DNA of 63,840 bases, the filler included, from Perkinsus chesapeaki ATCC PRA-425 (Eukaryota; Protista; Perkinsozoa): NCBI GenBank assembly GCA_013115145.1. It is 11 parts of 11 records of this genome, joined end to end, with 100 filler letters (N's around TTAATTAATTAA, not from the genome) between each part and the next. Parts side by side here need not be neighbours in the genome. Positions count along the whole stretch, not along the records: positions 1 to 10,282 come from JAAPAO010000896.1; positions 10,383 to 20,363 come from JAAPAO010000911.1; 9 more parts are not named here. One strand, given 5' to 3'. Below, one piece after another: positions 1-13,198 of the stretch. Position 1 is the stretch's first letter. Each line of letters opens with the position of its first letter. The notes beneath the pieces were generated by a model, which made no database searches, was not told where the DNA came from, and saw only the letters and a program-made list of their open reading frames with translations. The position numbers and the translations under genes are program-made.

Positions 1-1313
1 AAGGTGTGTATTCTAAGTTAATTTGGCAACTTTTCCGTGCCGATTTCTCAGTTCTCAATAACCAGTGAGTGTTCGGCGCTGAAACTTCGGTGGTATATTG
101 AAGGCCATGTTAGAACGAGACTCTCTGAGTTTTGGGCATAGAGTCGCAAATCTGGCAGAGAATGGTCACAAAAACGTGATATTCTAAGTTAATTTGGAGG
201 ACTGTATTATTATACTTTATTATTACACCATTAATAACTACGATAAAGGCACCAATTGCAGATAATGTTAATACCTTTTTAACCAACTTAGCCATACCTA
301 TTATATAATATCAACCTTATATATTATATATTACCATTATCATATACATTTAATCCATATACTACTAACATATATGATGATGATGGGACGGAGGGAGGGA
401 GAGACGACGGCGATACTACTACAGGGGCCACACGATGTTATAATAATAGTAGCGCACGCCATTGTAATCGATAATGCTGCTACGCCCATGACGTGATGAT
501 CATCTCGAGGTGAGTATGTAGTAGAAGTACTTGGGGTAATATGGAATATACAATCGGCCAATATGAGTAGTTAAGAATAGGATTAGTGTTAGCTCCAAGG
601 TTAAGGATACAAATGTAAACAGCAACAACATAGCATTAGCTATGACACAACACCTGTTAATTTGCACGCGTGCGCGTACGCAAGGACAAGGTTAATAAAT
701 CAGTATCATTATTATATGAGACGGAGGAGTGTTGTGAAGTAATAAACCTATGTATATATGAAACGAGGATGATTACTACCGACATATCAGATATAATTCA
801 TATCATATAAAGTCGTACTATTCTATGCTGCTGCAGCTGCAGCTCTGTACAGCGGTGGAAGTGGTATAGGGTAATAACTAAGCCGTACTACTACTACTAC
901 TACTACTACTACTACCTTAGACTACTTATTAACATATTGATTATTACAGAATCGTGTAACCTAAAGGTACTGGTTTACCCTCAGTAATATTGTTATTGTC
1001 GTAATATACATGCTAACATACACATGTTCACTTATATATCTCTTAATAATAATCATACAGTAATGATATGAAGACTTATTCTTCATTCACTCTGTATAGT
1101 ACTTGATAACAGCAACAAAAGGGGCATGAGGTTAAGTACTACAACTAACGACTAATGACTTCATTCGCAACAACAAGAATAATCAGAATAATAATAGGAT
1201 AATAAGGCTTAGGCGATAACATCTTTTAATGACGTCTTGCCATATAATAATACCACTAGATTGTCGGCGGAGGGGGGCTCTGATGATGATGATGATATCA
1301 AACAGACATATAT

Positions 1314-2080
1314 CTAGGCCTCAGATAGTGCACCTACAGCATATATCTCACCAATGTGTTCTGCCCCTGGCCAATGAGATTCTATATGCTTAGTATTAAT
1401 AAGAATATCCAAGGGTATCTGTTGACCCTTAAGACCACGAGATCCTGCAACAACCGCAGCACTAGTAACATGAGGAACCGATTCCATTGATTTACCGACA
1501 TGATGGAAACCATAAGTGGCATTAGGAAGTGTCGTTGAAAGTACTGTCTGGCCGCCAGGAGCAGCTAAATGAATCATGGATCCAACATTGGAATAGGATA
1601 AAAGTTGTGCAGAATACTCTGGATTTGAAGTATATGCAGATGCAACACATATTATAGAGGGTATATGAGATGAATCATATTTACATGGATAATGATGAGG
1701 ATGATAATCAGCATATCTAGGAGGTTAAGACCATCATTTCCAGCCCATGTGACAAATATATGATCCTTCTGCAGCAGCATTCATTATTGCTTGTTCGAAT
1801 ATCTCAGAACTATTACTAGTACCCCATGAATTTGAAGATACTGTCACACCATGATAAACGGCAAAGTTAAGAGCTCTTAGTGCACGCTTGTATTGCCTTG
1901 GCAGCAGCAGCAGCAAGTCGTGAGTTGTTTGGTAGCCGTTTATGGTAGTTTAAAGGCAGTAGTAGCTTTGGTGTTATCAATGACTTCTTGCCGGATATTA
2001 ACAATAACTATCCTCTACGTTGTAACTAAGGTAGGAAATGTGGATAGGATACACCCATATCCTCTATTGTATCTGTATGT
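1314..2080 (-). pseudogene. Subtilisin-like (S8) serine protease, frameshifted
   Basis: Motifs in S8 order on the minus strand: EDMGVSYPH (Asp region, followed by TAG), SSNSWG, HIFVTWAGNDG (oxyanion Asn, out of frame with both flanks), YPCKY..ICVASA..SYSNVG..HLAAPGG, GKSMESVPHV (catalytic Ser). No His motif found. 5' boundary approximate. Confidence 0.7.
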
Positions 2081-3359
2081 ATCGGGCCGATACGGTTATT
2101 AAGTCATGTGATCGTTTTACGCTATTGGTCGCGGCGACGGCGGCCCAGTAAAGATATTCTGGTATTAGCTATTGAGTTCGGTTGATATTGCTATTGATAT
2201 CGGTCAAGATTGACTTGCCAATGTTAATATCACATTACCTGACGGCACTGGAGTATTTATGAGTCCTGTTTCAGTGTACTAAACAAATCTTAATAAGCAT
2301 TTCAGTATACATCCTAGTAATCCCTAAAAGCCGAGCTTAAAGTCGACGATGAGGTATAAACAACAACAACAACAACAACCGACGTGTGATATAATAACGG
2401 TGAATGATGATGTATCATACGTTCTATTAACAGTTTATCAATGTTGTTTTCATAATGGAGGAGGAGGTGTTGTGACTTTATTATTATATATTATCACTGG
2501 AACTTTCACGGAGATTTGTTTCACATCAACGTTTATTTTACACGTCGCTACCTGAGGCACTGTGGGCTCGAAGAGCTCCATTGGTATCTCTGTTGCAACA
2601 ATTACGTTAATTGTACATTACCCAACTTGTTGGGTGCCTAATACACATCCATACGGGCAAACTGAGCCACGGGGTGGCAGCAGGTGTTCATTCTTTCTAC
2701 ACGCTTCTTTTCTTTTTTACACATTTCTTTCTTTACGCTTGGCTTCATGTGAATCTGGGGATGGAACAATCCGTATCCCCCAAACGTTGACTTGGTCTAT
2801 ATTGGTAACTGCTGCCACTGGCGCCGCCAGGCTATTGTACAAACACGGGAATCTACATTATGTGTGTATGATGATGGACACTTAGTGTGTAATCCATTGA
2901 ATGTTTTGACTGAAGGTCACAACATTCGAAATGTTGAGAGAGTATAGAATATTAACCATTAATTAAATATAGTGATTATATATCTATAGGGGTCATCATT
3001 GAGTAAGGATATTGATAAATTATGATGTCTTTACTATTACTACCTCAAAGGTTTAGTCAGTATAAGTCATTGGAGAGTAAGTGAGGAGAGTTAATTATTA
3101 TTACTATTATCAGTAGATGATTGATGCTATCCCGACAACAACAACAACAGCTGCTGCTGTTATCATTATTGGGTATTATTACAATAACTTGAATAGGTTG
3201 AATGGTTTAAATACCAGAACCTCCTCTCTCCCAAGCCTCCACCGACTTGTATTCTTTATTCATCATGCCACCATCATCACCTACTATGTTTAACTAGTGA
3301 TATAGTGATACATGAATAATGATGATGATAGCACAACTACATCATCATAATCGACTGGT

Positions 3360-3485
3360 AATTATGTACAAGTGGTAACCTTCGTTCTACCATTCATATG
3401 AATTATGTACAAGTGGTAATCTTCGTTCTACCATTCATATGGATTATGTACAAGTGGTAATCTTCGTTCTACCATTCATATGAAT
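3360..3485. repeat. 41-bp tandem repeat, 3 copies
   Basis: ATTATGTACAAGTGGTAA(C/T)CTTCGTTCTACCATTCATATG starts at 3361, 3402 and 3443. Confidence 0.95.
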
Positions 3486-4658
3486 TCACTGGTATCGTTA
3501 ATATTATATAATTATTATTGTTTTGTTGTGTATGAGTTTGCTATATTCACTATTATTATTATTTGCTGTATATTTAATCATAATAACTCAACACTATTAT
3601 TATAGTTACTCAATTGAGTAATAATAACACCCTCCTGTTATTAACAGGAGGAGCATGCAGCATATCATCATCATCATGATCATGATATATCATTATTATT
3701 ATAATCTTTATCAAAATCAATCTCCTTGAAAATTAAAATCAAATGCATAATTATACCTAACACCACCAACAACGATAATTAAAATAACAACAATAATAAT
3801 AATAATAATTTGTCAATAAAGTCAATGATCATCACTCACCCGATAGCTTCCCCTAAATCTTTATAAGGATGTTTGCTAGTTACGGCTGTTGTTGTTGTTG
3901 CAGTGGTAGTAGTGGTAGTAGTAGTAGTTGGTTTTATATTAACTTTTATTATATTATGCTTCATTATTGATCTTCTATTATTATTATATATAATACTCCT
4001 TGTTCTCCTTTCATCTATTATACCATCAACAAGTTCCCTCATACTATCCCGTATAGTATGTAGCTGCTGCTGTTGTTGTTGTTTTTGATTGGTATTATCA
4101 TTATTATCATGCTCACAAGGGTCATTATCACATGGAGGTAGTCGTCGTGGTAGTCGAGTATGATGATAGTAGTACTCTTCACAAGGTGATGATGATGATT
4201 TTACATCCTTCTCCATAACAACTTCATAACTACTATAACACGGATCCTCTTCCTCCTCCATCTCATCATCATCATAGATGAGTATATTATTAAATTTAGG
4301 TTTGGACCGTCGCCTACAAAAACAAGAACAACAACAATGATAATAATGATAACGCTTGATATTTGGTATAATAGTATTATTACGTTATAGCAGCTGCCAT
4401 TGATGGATGTGCTATTAATGAACTTGATAATGATGCTGGGAGACTAGGTTTATTAGATACTCTACTACTACTAGTAGTAGATGGTGATGGTGGATTATAT
4501 GGAATAGGTTTAATAGATGGTAATGTTGATGGTATAATAGTATGACTATTAGAAGGGTACATCCCAGGAGGTGCAGCAGCTGCAGCAGATGCAGGAGGAG
4601 GAGGAGGGGGATCACCACCACTACCAACACCGGGGGGATCACCACCACTAACAGCAGC

Positions 4659-4690
<32 letters not shown>

Positions 4691-5354
4691 GCTGTTGGTT
4701 GTTGTTGATGTATCTTCTAATAATATTATTACACATATATTTATTATATTATTACATTGGCATAGGCATAACTATAATTTGATTATTAATCATATTACTA
4801 GTTTGCTGTCTGGATGGATGTGGTGGTGGGGGTGCTGGTGTTGTTGATTGACAATTAGGAAACCATATTGCTGAGTTCATGGTAATATGGTAATGCTATA
4901 TATTGTTACTATTACTACCTATAACTGTATTATATGCCTCTATGAAGGACCTCTCACTCCATATAGAATATATACCTAATATATACGATACTAATACTAC
5001 TATTATTATTGGTACATATTATCATATGTCATTATTATTACAATCATCATAACCTAATATACTACTAGTAGGTATATATTCAACATCAGCATAATTAGTA
5101 TGATAATAACCTAGTCCTCCTCCTCCTCCATCAGCATTATAACAATCATTAGATGACCATGGACCCCATACAGACCATGAACCATAATCACCACCACCAC
5201 CATGCTGTGGCTGTGGTTGTTGTTGTTGTTGATTTGCCCAATGAATTCTAAAGTAATATGCACTAAGTAGCTAATGATAATGATAATACTAATATAGTTA
5301 TGCATGACGACTATAATGATGATGTATTATGAAGAAAAGAAGAGGTATGGGATA

Positions 5355-5880
5355 CAGTAATATTGAATAGTATTATTAATAACAAGGTAGTAATATTGAA
5401 TAGTATTATTATTATTAATAAGGTAGTAATATTGAATAGTATTATTATAAATGATAAGGTAGTAATATTGAATAGTATTATTATTATTAATAAGGTAGTA
5501 ATATTGAATAGTATTATTAATAACAAGGTAGTAATATTGAATAGTATTATTATTATTATTAATAAGGTAGTAATATTGAATAGTATTATTATAAATGATA
5601 AGGTAGTAATATTGAATAGTNNNNNNNNNNNNNNNNNNNNNNNNNNNNNNNNNNNNNNNNNNNNNNNNNNNNNNNNNNNNNNNNNNNNNNNNNNNNNNNN
5701 NNNNNNNNNNNNNNNNNNGTATTATTAATAATAAGGTAGTAATATTGAATAGTATTATTATTAATAAGGTAGTAATATTGAATAGTATTATTATTAATAA
5801 GGTAGTAATATTGAAGAGTATTATTAATAATAAGGTAGTAATATCAAATAGTATTATTATTAATAAGGTAGTAATAATAT
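5355..5880. repeat. AT-rich minisatellite (~30-36 bp unit) spanning an assembly gap
   Basis: Repeated AATAAGGTAGTAATATTGAATAGT(ATT)n; N gap at 5621-5718. Confidence 0.95.
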
Positions 5881-7347
5881 TGTTTTTATTATTCTTACCT
5901 TCTTCCTCTTCTTGTGGTGGTGGTATATGGTATATTATCACAAGCTACACATGACGGTATCATCATAACCCCATCTTCATCATCATTATCATTATTATTA
6001 TTATTCTTATATGGTATTATGTATGGATAATGCCTATAAATTGTTAATAATAATACTACTACTAATATTATTATTATTACTGTATTAATAATTGCCTTCC
6101 ATTCCTAACATCGCACGTTATCTTTCTTAAACACTTATTATTATTATCAACCATATTCTTAATACCATCAACCTTCCTCATCATGATCATTAATAATAAT
6201 ATTAGTTTTATTATTATATTATATATATATTTATTGTACATTATATTATTACTATTATTATCATTGTATATTAATAAGATGTGGTATTATGAAGGTATGT
6301 AGAAAGGGAGTAGTAGGGGTTAATGAGTAGTAGTATAATAATAATATACTATATAATAATACTACTTATCACTAATCAATAATTAACAACAACACAACAA
6401 CAACAATACTAATACTTGTTATTATTTACGTCTTATTATTTACAGTAGAAACATCATCATCATCATTATTATTGTTATGAACAGTTGTTGTTGTTGTTGT
6501 TGTTGTATTATTATACTTTAACCATATGCCTTAGTATTTGTGCTACTATTATACCATTACTATCAGGATGTGTTGATAATATAAACTTATAATAATACTT
6601 TGTAGAATTAAAGTATCTGAATAAGAATAATAATAATAGAGTATCTGCCCTGACATCAACAAGAACAAAGTAGTACTAATTAAGAGTAATCAAGGTGCAA
6701 AAGGTACTATTTGTGATATGATAAGAGTGGATTGATGATGATGATGATGGATAGCTGCTATGAGTATGGTATGGGTGGTGTATGTACTATTGTTATTACT
6801 TATTATCAATTCCTTGTTTAATAAACCTACTCCTTAATTCAGCTTCATCCATAACACCTTCACATGACCATTGTAGCCCTGGTATTTTCCTAAAACATCA
6901 GCATCTTCATTAATATTATTATCCATCCTTATCTTACTTATTATTTTGCAATATACTAGCTGATAACTCTGATTTAATAACCTTACCTGATAATAACAAC
7001 AATACTATTAATAATAACAACCTATTATTAATACTACCTTCATTTAATAACCTATTTAATTTACCCTTCCTCTTTTTCCCTATTATATTATTATCATTAT
7101 TATTAACCCTTCTTCTTCCACTAGGTATATCTACTATTCTCCTTACCCTACTAGGATACCTCTTTAATGGTGCTATACCAAACATTGATGCTTTACATCT
7201 ATGCTTTGCCATTATAACAACAACAACTATTATATACTATTATATGGATGATATAATTGTGAATAACAACAACAACACAATAATAATAATGATATTATTA
7301 TTGAAAGTAGTTGTATTATTATTATTAAGTTGTTGTTGTTGTTATTA

Positions 7348-9950
7348 TTATGCCATTAAAGCTTTAACTACCTCATTAACTTGTAATTTTCGTAGTTGGG
7401 TATATCTATTATTATTAATATTAGGTTTATTATTAATATTGATTATTATTACTTTTCCCCAGTACCAACAAATACTATTGGTTGTCCAGTTATATATACC
7501 ATGCTTAATGCAGCACCAACCTTATCATCAACAGTATCATATTTGGTTAATAATATACCATCAATACCACGAGGATTACTTGGATCTAATAATAAAAGGA
7601 TCATGATAATAACAACAACAACAACAACTATCATTATTATTACTTAAAGAATAATCCATTAATGCTCTATTGAACTTAGTAAGTTGATCAATAGCATCAT
7701 AACCTACTAAAGCCTCTCCTACAAATAATATAAGATTAGGATTGTTAACAGCAACCAGTCTTGCCAAGGACTAAGATAATAATAGTTAATAATAATAATG
7801 AAGTTCTTGTTATTAGTGTTACTACCTTCATTAATGGTTCATTATCTTGCATTCTACCAGCCGTATCAATGAGTACAACATCATAACCATTTTGTTTAGC
7901 ATAATATAGACCTTGTTTAGCTATATCAGCTGCATCTTTACCGTAACCTCTTTCAAATAGTTCAACATTAAGACATCTATATCATCAACATCAACATCCT
8001 CATTATTATTCCAACTACTACCAGCACTATTATTATTATTACCTGGCATGTGTCTTTAATTGTTCTACAGCTCCAGCTCTGAATGTATCACAGGCACATA
8101 TTAATACTTTAAGCCCTGCCTTTTTACGAAGATAATAAGCTACTTTAGATAAATTAGTACTCTTACCAACACCATTAACACCTAGGAACACTATACTATA
8201 CCTAATAATAATATTGCTACTGTTAGTGATGATGCTCACGATGCTGGTGTATATTCTATATTATTATTACACTTCCCCTCTCGCTTTAGCTTCAGTAGCT
8301 GCTTTCAATACATCTACTGATCTCTTAGGTGTCAATATTCTTGATATAGAATCAGTTAATGCTTGTTTAACTGTACTCCTTATAGATGTAAATTGATTAG
8401 TTCTTGTACCAACCTATAATACTATTATATATATATTATCTTAATATTAATTATTATTACCAATGAATTCTTAACACCATCAGATATAGCATTAGCTACA
8501 TCCATAGCTACATTCTTTGCCATAAGTTCATCCCTAAATACTGCTAATACTGGTTCTAAGTCCTCATCCCTTAATACCTACTATTATTAGTAGATATAAC
8601 AATAACCATTATTAATATATTATTACTTGATTTCCTGTTATGTTCTTAACTTGTCTTGTTAACCTTGCAAACAGGCCATTAGCTGTAGCTTTCTCTTCTA
8701 AATCTAAATAACAACAACAATTACCCTAACAATTAAGTAAATGATAGGATAAATAAGATGCTTCTATCATTAGTTTAACATCATCATCATCATCACCACC
8801 TCCTCCTCCTTCGTATACTAGTGTATCATCATTCCCCCTTCCTATTACCATCTTTAGCAGCTATTTCATCACTCTCCATACTATATTCTTCTTCTTCTTG
8901 TGTTGGTAAATAAGTCCTCTTAGCTGTACTTAACTCCAACTCATCACTACTACTAGTATTATCAACTCCTTCTCCTCCACCTGCTGCTGCTGACTTAAGC
9001 CTTGATGCCTTTGACATATCTAATGCTCTCATGGTCTCAGCATTAACTTTGCCAGTATCCCATACCCTATCATTCTTCTTACTACTACCTATTATTACCA
9101 ATACTAGTTATAATCATTATTATCAGTACTACTACCCTTATGCTTGTCTGCTACTACTTCCTCTCCTCCTCTTTGACCTTTATCATATTGCTTCCCCCTT
9201 TTCCCTTGCTTGCCTGTGGCTGCTGTTGCAGCCTTCAACCTTAGATTCCTTCTAGCTTCTTCTATTAATTCCTCTTTACTTAATTTATCTTTATTATCTA
9301 ATATATCTACTATTATTACCCCCCCGCACCTTCCTGCCCCATATATTATTACCTTCATTACTACTACCATCTCCCCTCTCCTCCCCCTCCTCTTCTTCAT
9401 CATCTACCTCTTCAGTAGTACTACCATTACCACCTTCTTCTCTTTGCTGCTGTTGTTGTTGATCAACATGTTTCTTATTCTTCCTAGTAGCAGCTTTAAC
9501 CTCTTTATCAGCCCTTATTAATATTTTATCAACAATAACCTACTCCATCACTACCATCTCCTATTATCTCCTCCTTATAATTATTACCTTGAATTCACCC
9601 CTATCCTGTATTGGTTGTAGATCCTTCATCGACTTAACACTATTACCAATAATCGATATGAATTCCTAAAATACCACCCCATCCCACCCTACCACCACGA
9701 ACCCTATTTATTATTATTACCTTGGCTAACATATCTAATATATAATTAAGGTATAATTGTTTTAATACGCCTTCATAGGCAACAACAAATACTAATATAA
9801 TAATAAACATTATTATTATCAATATTATTATTACTTAAACCTATATTATTAATACTCTTCCATTTCATACCATATCTCTTTACTTTATCCTCATATAGGC
9901 AATCACTACCTGCTCTATCCTCTATTAATACATCTTTAACCTTAATAGCA
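7348..9950 (-). CDS. SRPRA: Signal recognition particle receptor alpha subunit (multi-exon, probably 5' partial)
   Basis: Exons encode [18 protein letters not shown] (P-loop), [47 protein letters not shown] and [30 protein letters not shown], and end in [13 protein letters not shown]. Longin-like N-terminal exons lie at ~9540-9950. Confidence 0.92.
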
Positions 9951-9962
9951 ACAACAACAATC

Positions 9963-10282
9963 CCTACCCTATACCACTACAGTAGCCCTATTAATACAAC
10001 AACAGCAGTAGTCCCCTCTACCCTGCCTACCCTATACCACTACAGTAGCCCTATTAATACAACAACAGCAGTAGTCCCCTCTACCCTGCCTACCCTATAN
10101 NNNNNNNNNNNNNNNNNNNNNNNNNNNNNNNNNNNNNNNNNNNNNNNNNNNNNNNNNNNNNNNNNNNNNNNNNNNNNNNNNNNNNNNNNNNNNNNNNNAC
10201 CACTACAGTAGCCCTATTAATACAACAATAGCAGTAGTCCCCTCTACCCTGCCTACCCTATACCACTACAGCAGCCCTATTA
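9963..10282. repeat. 63-bp tandem repeat at scaffold end
   Basis: CCTACCCTATACCACTACAGTAGCCCTATTAATACAAC... starts at 9963 and 10026, and continues after the gap at 10100-10198. Confidence 0.9.
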
Positions 10283-10326
10283 NNNNNNNNNNNNNNNNNN
10301 NNNNNNNNNNNNNNNNNNNNNNNNNN

Positions 10327-10338
10327 TTAATTAATTAA
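10327..10338. other. Artificial contig linker TTAATTAATTAA (also at 20408, 21907, 37738, 39274, 41486, 49584, 55262, 59929, 62108)
   Basis: Identical 12-mer with stops in all six frames, flanked by ~44 N each side, found 10 times; the usual pseudomolecule spacer. Confidence 0.99.
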
Positions 10339-10384
10339 NNNNNNNNNNNNNNNNNNNNNNNNNNNNNNNNNNNNNNNNNNNNCG

Positions 10385-10553
10385 GGTTTTATGTGTACGA
10401 TTTTTTTGTGTACGGGTATTGGGTGTACGAGTTTTATGTGTACGAATTGAAGGTGGACGAATTAACGATGTACGGATCCGAGGGGTGTACGGGTGGTGAA
10501 CGAAGTGAAAGTGTACGAGTTTTCGGTGTACGAGACATGATACACCCGGCCTA
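10385..10553. repeat. Phased GTGTACG array (15-bp period), candidate DNA-transposon subterminal region ending in CCGGCCTA
   Basis: GTACG-type cores at 10395, 10410, 10425, 10440, 10455, 10470, 10487, 10498, 10513 and 10528 with variable spacers. The repeat is certain; the transposon interpretation is inference. Confidence 0.7.
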
Positions 10554-10562
10554 ATACCATAA

Positions 10563-13198
10563 TTATGTTATAACGGTTGACAAGCACTTCAAGTTGGAGT
10601 GCTTGTCAACCTGGCTGTTATGACCTTTATGCAGGGGTAGCTCAAATCCAAACCACTTAGCAGTCTCTTTCACCAGGTTAACATATTTATTACCCATTTC
10701 GATTGCCTCTGGGGGCCATACAAAGGTAAAATCATCAAGATATAAATAAATCATGCCCTGGCCTATGATTGCTCTCTCTTGCTCCGTTAATCTCGTATAG
10801 GCACAATCTAGTATCCATGTTAGGGCAGCCCATAGACAGGCCGGACCACTCCTCAGCCCAAAAACAAGACGGAGCGATCTATATCGCCTCCGTCTAGCTC
10901 CCACAGTTACCGCACTCGATGGAGTTAGCCTTACTCTATAAAACGCAGCTGATGCATCTCTTGTCTGGATTTGTGAGCCTTTCTTCCAACATAACCGTAG
11001 ATTCGCAAGAATAGACGCAATAGGTGCACCAGGATAGCTGGCAAAAGGAGAGCACGAATTCCTCCTGCGGGCATCGAGTACGGGCCTTACGGAAGTACTT
11101 TTCGATGGATCCTTAGACCGAACTGGAAAACTCACCAGATCACCTGGGTTAATAGTCTTAGCTGGACCATCATCCACCCACCAACCTTTCGAGATGTACT
11201 TCTCAAGTTCAGTGTCATACTTGTTAACTTCATCAGGACTGAGTTTTTTCAGTAGTGCTGTACCAAAGTCGTTGCCATTAGGTAGAGACCCCAACCTTTC
11301 TTGATCAACCGGTATTGATACTTCAATACAATAGCGTTGTTCCATCGTATTCTTGATCTCATCGTCTCGTAACAACCGCGCGTGCCATGCATAACCTTCG
11401 GCGTCTTCAATAGGGCGCCAATCACAAATATAAAAATTTTGTTTGTCGTCCAGAGATGAAGGAGTCCATAGGTGAGCCAAAGGGGACCGGTTATCAGGAC
11501 TATTCATCTTAGCCGTACGTAATATAGCCGATCTTCCTAACACCACCGTTTTTGTGCTGCCCGGGTAGAAGCTCAGACATACCACCAACGTACGCATAGA
11601 ATCTACACCAAGTATTAAATAATCAAGATTCGAGGCCAATATATTGAAGGTCAGACCTTCTAATACAACAGTACCCAAAATATTGATAACTTTTCCATCA
11701 GCCAATGCTACAGCTTCTTGCTTTCTCGTACGGGTCTCTAGTAGAGACTCTCTACCAAGTCACCAAGCTTTTCCACCATAGTACTGGGAATATAGTTCCG
11801 ATAGCCTCCAGAATCTAATAAAACCGGGATAGGACCAAAACCATTCACATTAAGCTCAGAAAAAGGCAAATCATCTTTTCCTCCGATATGACCAATAACC
11901 TCAACGTTATCTTCAGAAGAATCCTCGGAGGAATCAGATGAATCATCCATATCATTATCATCAAAAGGAGCTTGAACGTGATTCACAGTTGTACCATTCC
12001 CATCTCCACGTTTTTGCCCTTGAACATATCCATCATGACGAAACTTACAACGGTCTCCAAAACGACAGCGGCCTCGTCGTTGCCATTGGTAACAAATAGG
12101 TCGTCGACCTTTTCCCGATGAGTTATTACCAGGCTCAGTCAGAACAGTAGGACTGTTAGCTTGATTAATAGCATTCAAAGGAAGTTGCCCACGACCTTTA
12201 CCAACATCTACATTAACTGATGATATACCGTCAACAGGTTGAATCGCTTGATTTAGACGGTCCCTTTGAGTTAAGTATTGTACCAGTCCTCGATAGGAAG
12301 AACCAACGTCACCGCAAGCAAGCCTTTCAATTGCTAAGGCTCGAAGTCGAGGCTGAAGACCACGAAGTAATTGTGTCAATTTCTTATCATCAGGAATAGG
12401 GATATGCAACTGACTCTCCAGGTCCATCACTCCGCCTTCAAAACGACCAAGAAAAGTAATAACATTTTGATTAGGTCCTTGCTTCAACGTAGCGAAGGCT
12501 TGTTCTGAATTCCATCTCAAGACTTCTGATGATAATCCAGTAGCATCTTTACCAATATATCGTAATATCCGAACAACTTCTTTTAGCCAAGGCGTACTTG
12601 AACCAGGTCCAGGAGCGCATGGTTGAACCTTTAAAAGGACCGTATCGCTCACATTAGAAACCACATAATGATACAGAGCTACCGGATCACCAGATATACC
12701 ATTCTTCCGAGTATTTCTCTGAAGCCGTCCAAGCCAAACCGAGAAAAGACGTTCATCGGTAACACCACGATATGAATCAAGATGGTCAGTCGTGGCCAAA
12801 GATCTGGCATCACGGCGAGTGCGACTAATATCTTTCCGCGATACCACGAATTCACCAGATTGCCGAGCTTCAGAAATGAAACTATTAATAGGGTCGGCCG
12901 GAGCTGAATACTTAGCGTGGTCCTCCCTACGGCTCTCATTCCTTCTAAGAGTAGGCTGAACCACCGGATGTTCTCGATCAGCAGTAATAGTATAATTGTC
13001 GTCCAAAGATGGTGTAAAGTCAGGCAAAGCATACTGCTGAGGTTGAGCACCAGAGAAACCATGAGAGAGAGGATTGCCACCATCTTGAGACGCCCTTGAG
13101 TTACTTATGCTACCATCTAAAAGGACATCAACTTCATGTTCATCTTTACCATCAGTTGCACGATCGGGTGGCGCTGGTACTTGTTCGTTGTCACCCAA
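10563..13198 (-). mobile_element. LTR-type retrotransposon gag-protease-RT (Ty3/Gypsy or BEL/Pao-like), frameshifted and 3' truncated
   Basis: Gag with CYQWQRRGRCRFGDRCKFRH finger; protease LLDSGG...ILGVD split by a frameshift in an (AG)n run near 11745; RT motifs VRPVLDAR, DASAAFYRV, LVFGLRSGPA and YLDDF. The ORF breaks off before RNase H. Confidence 0.88.

Noticed and set aside
2349-9521. Many polyQ/polyV/polyI/polyH ORFs in the track
   Set aside because: Shadow translations of trinucleotide microsatellites or antisense to real exons.
10283-10382. TTAATTAATTAA palindrome recurring ten times, and ORFs ending in XXXLIN
   Set aside because: Artificial contig spacer. Genes on opposite sides of a linker are not neighbours, so no cross-contig gene clusters were inferred.
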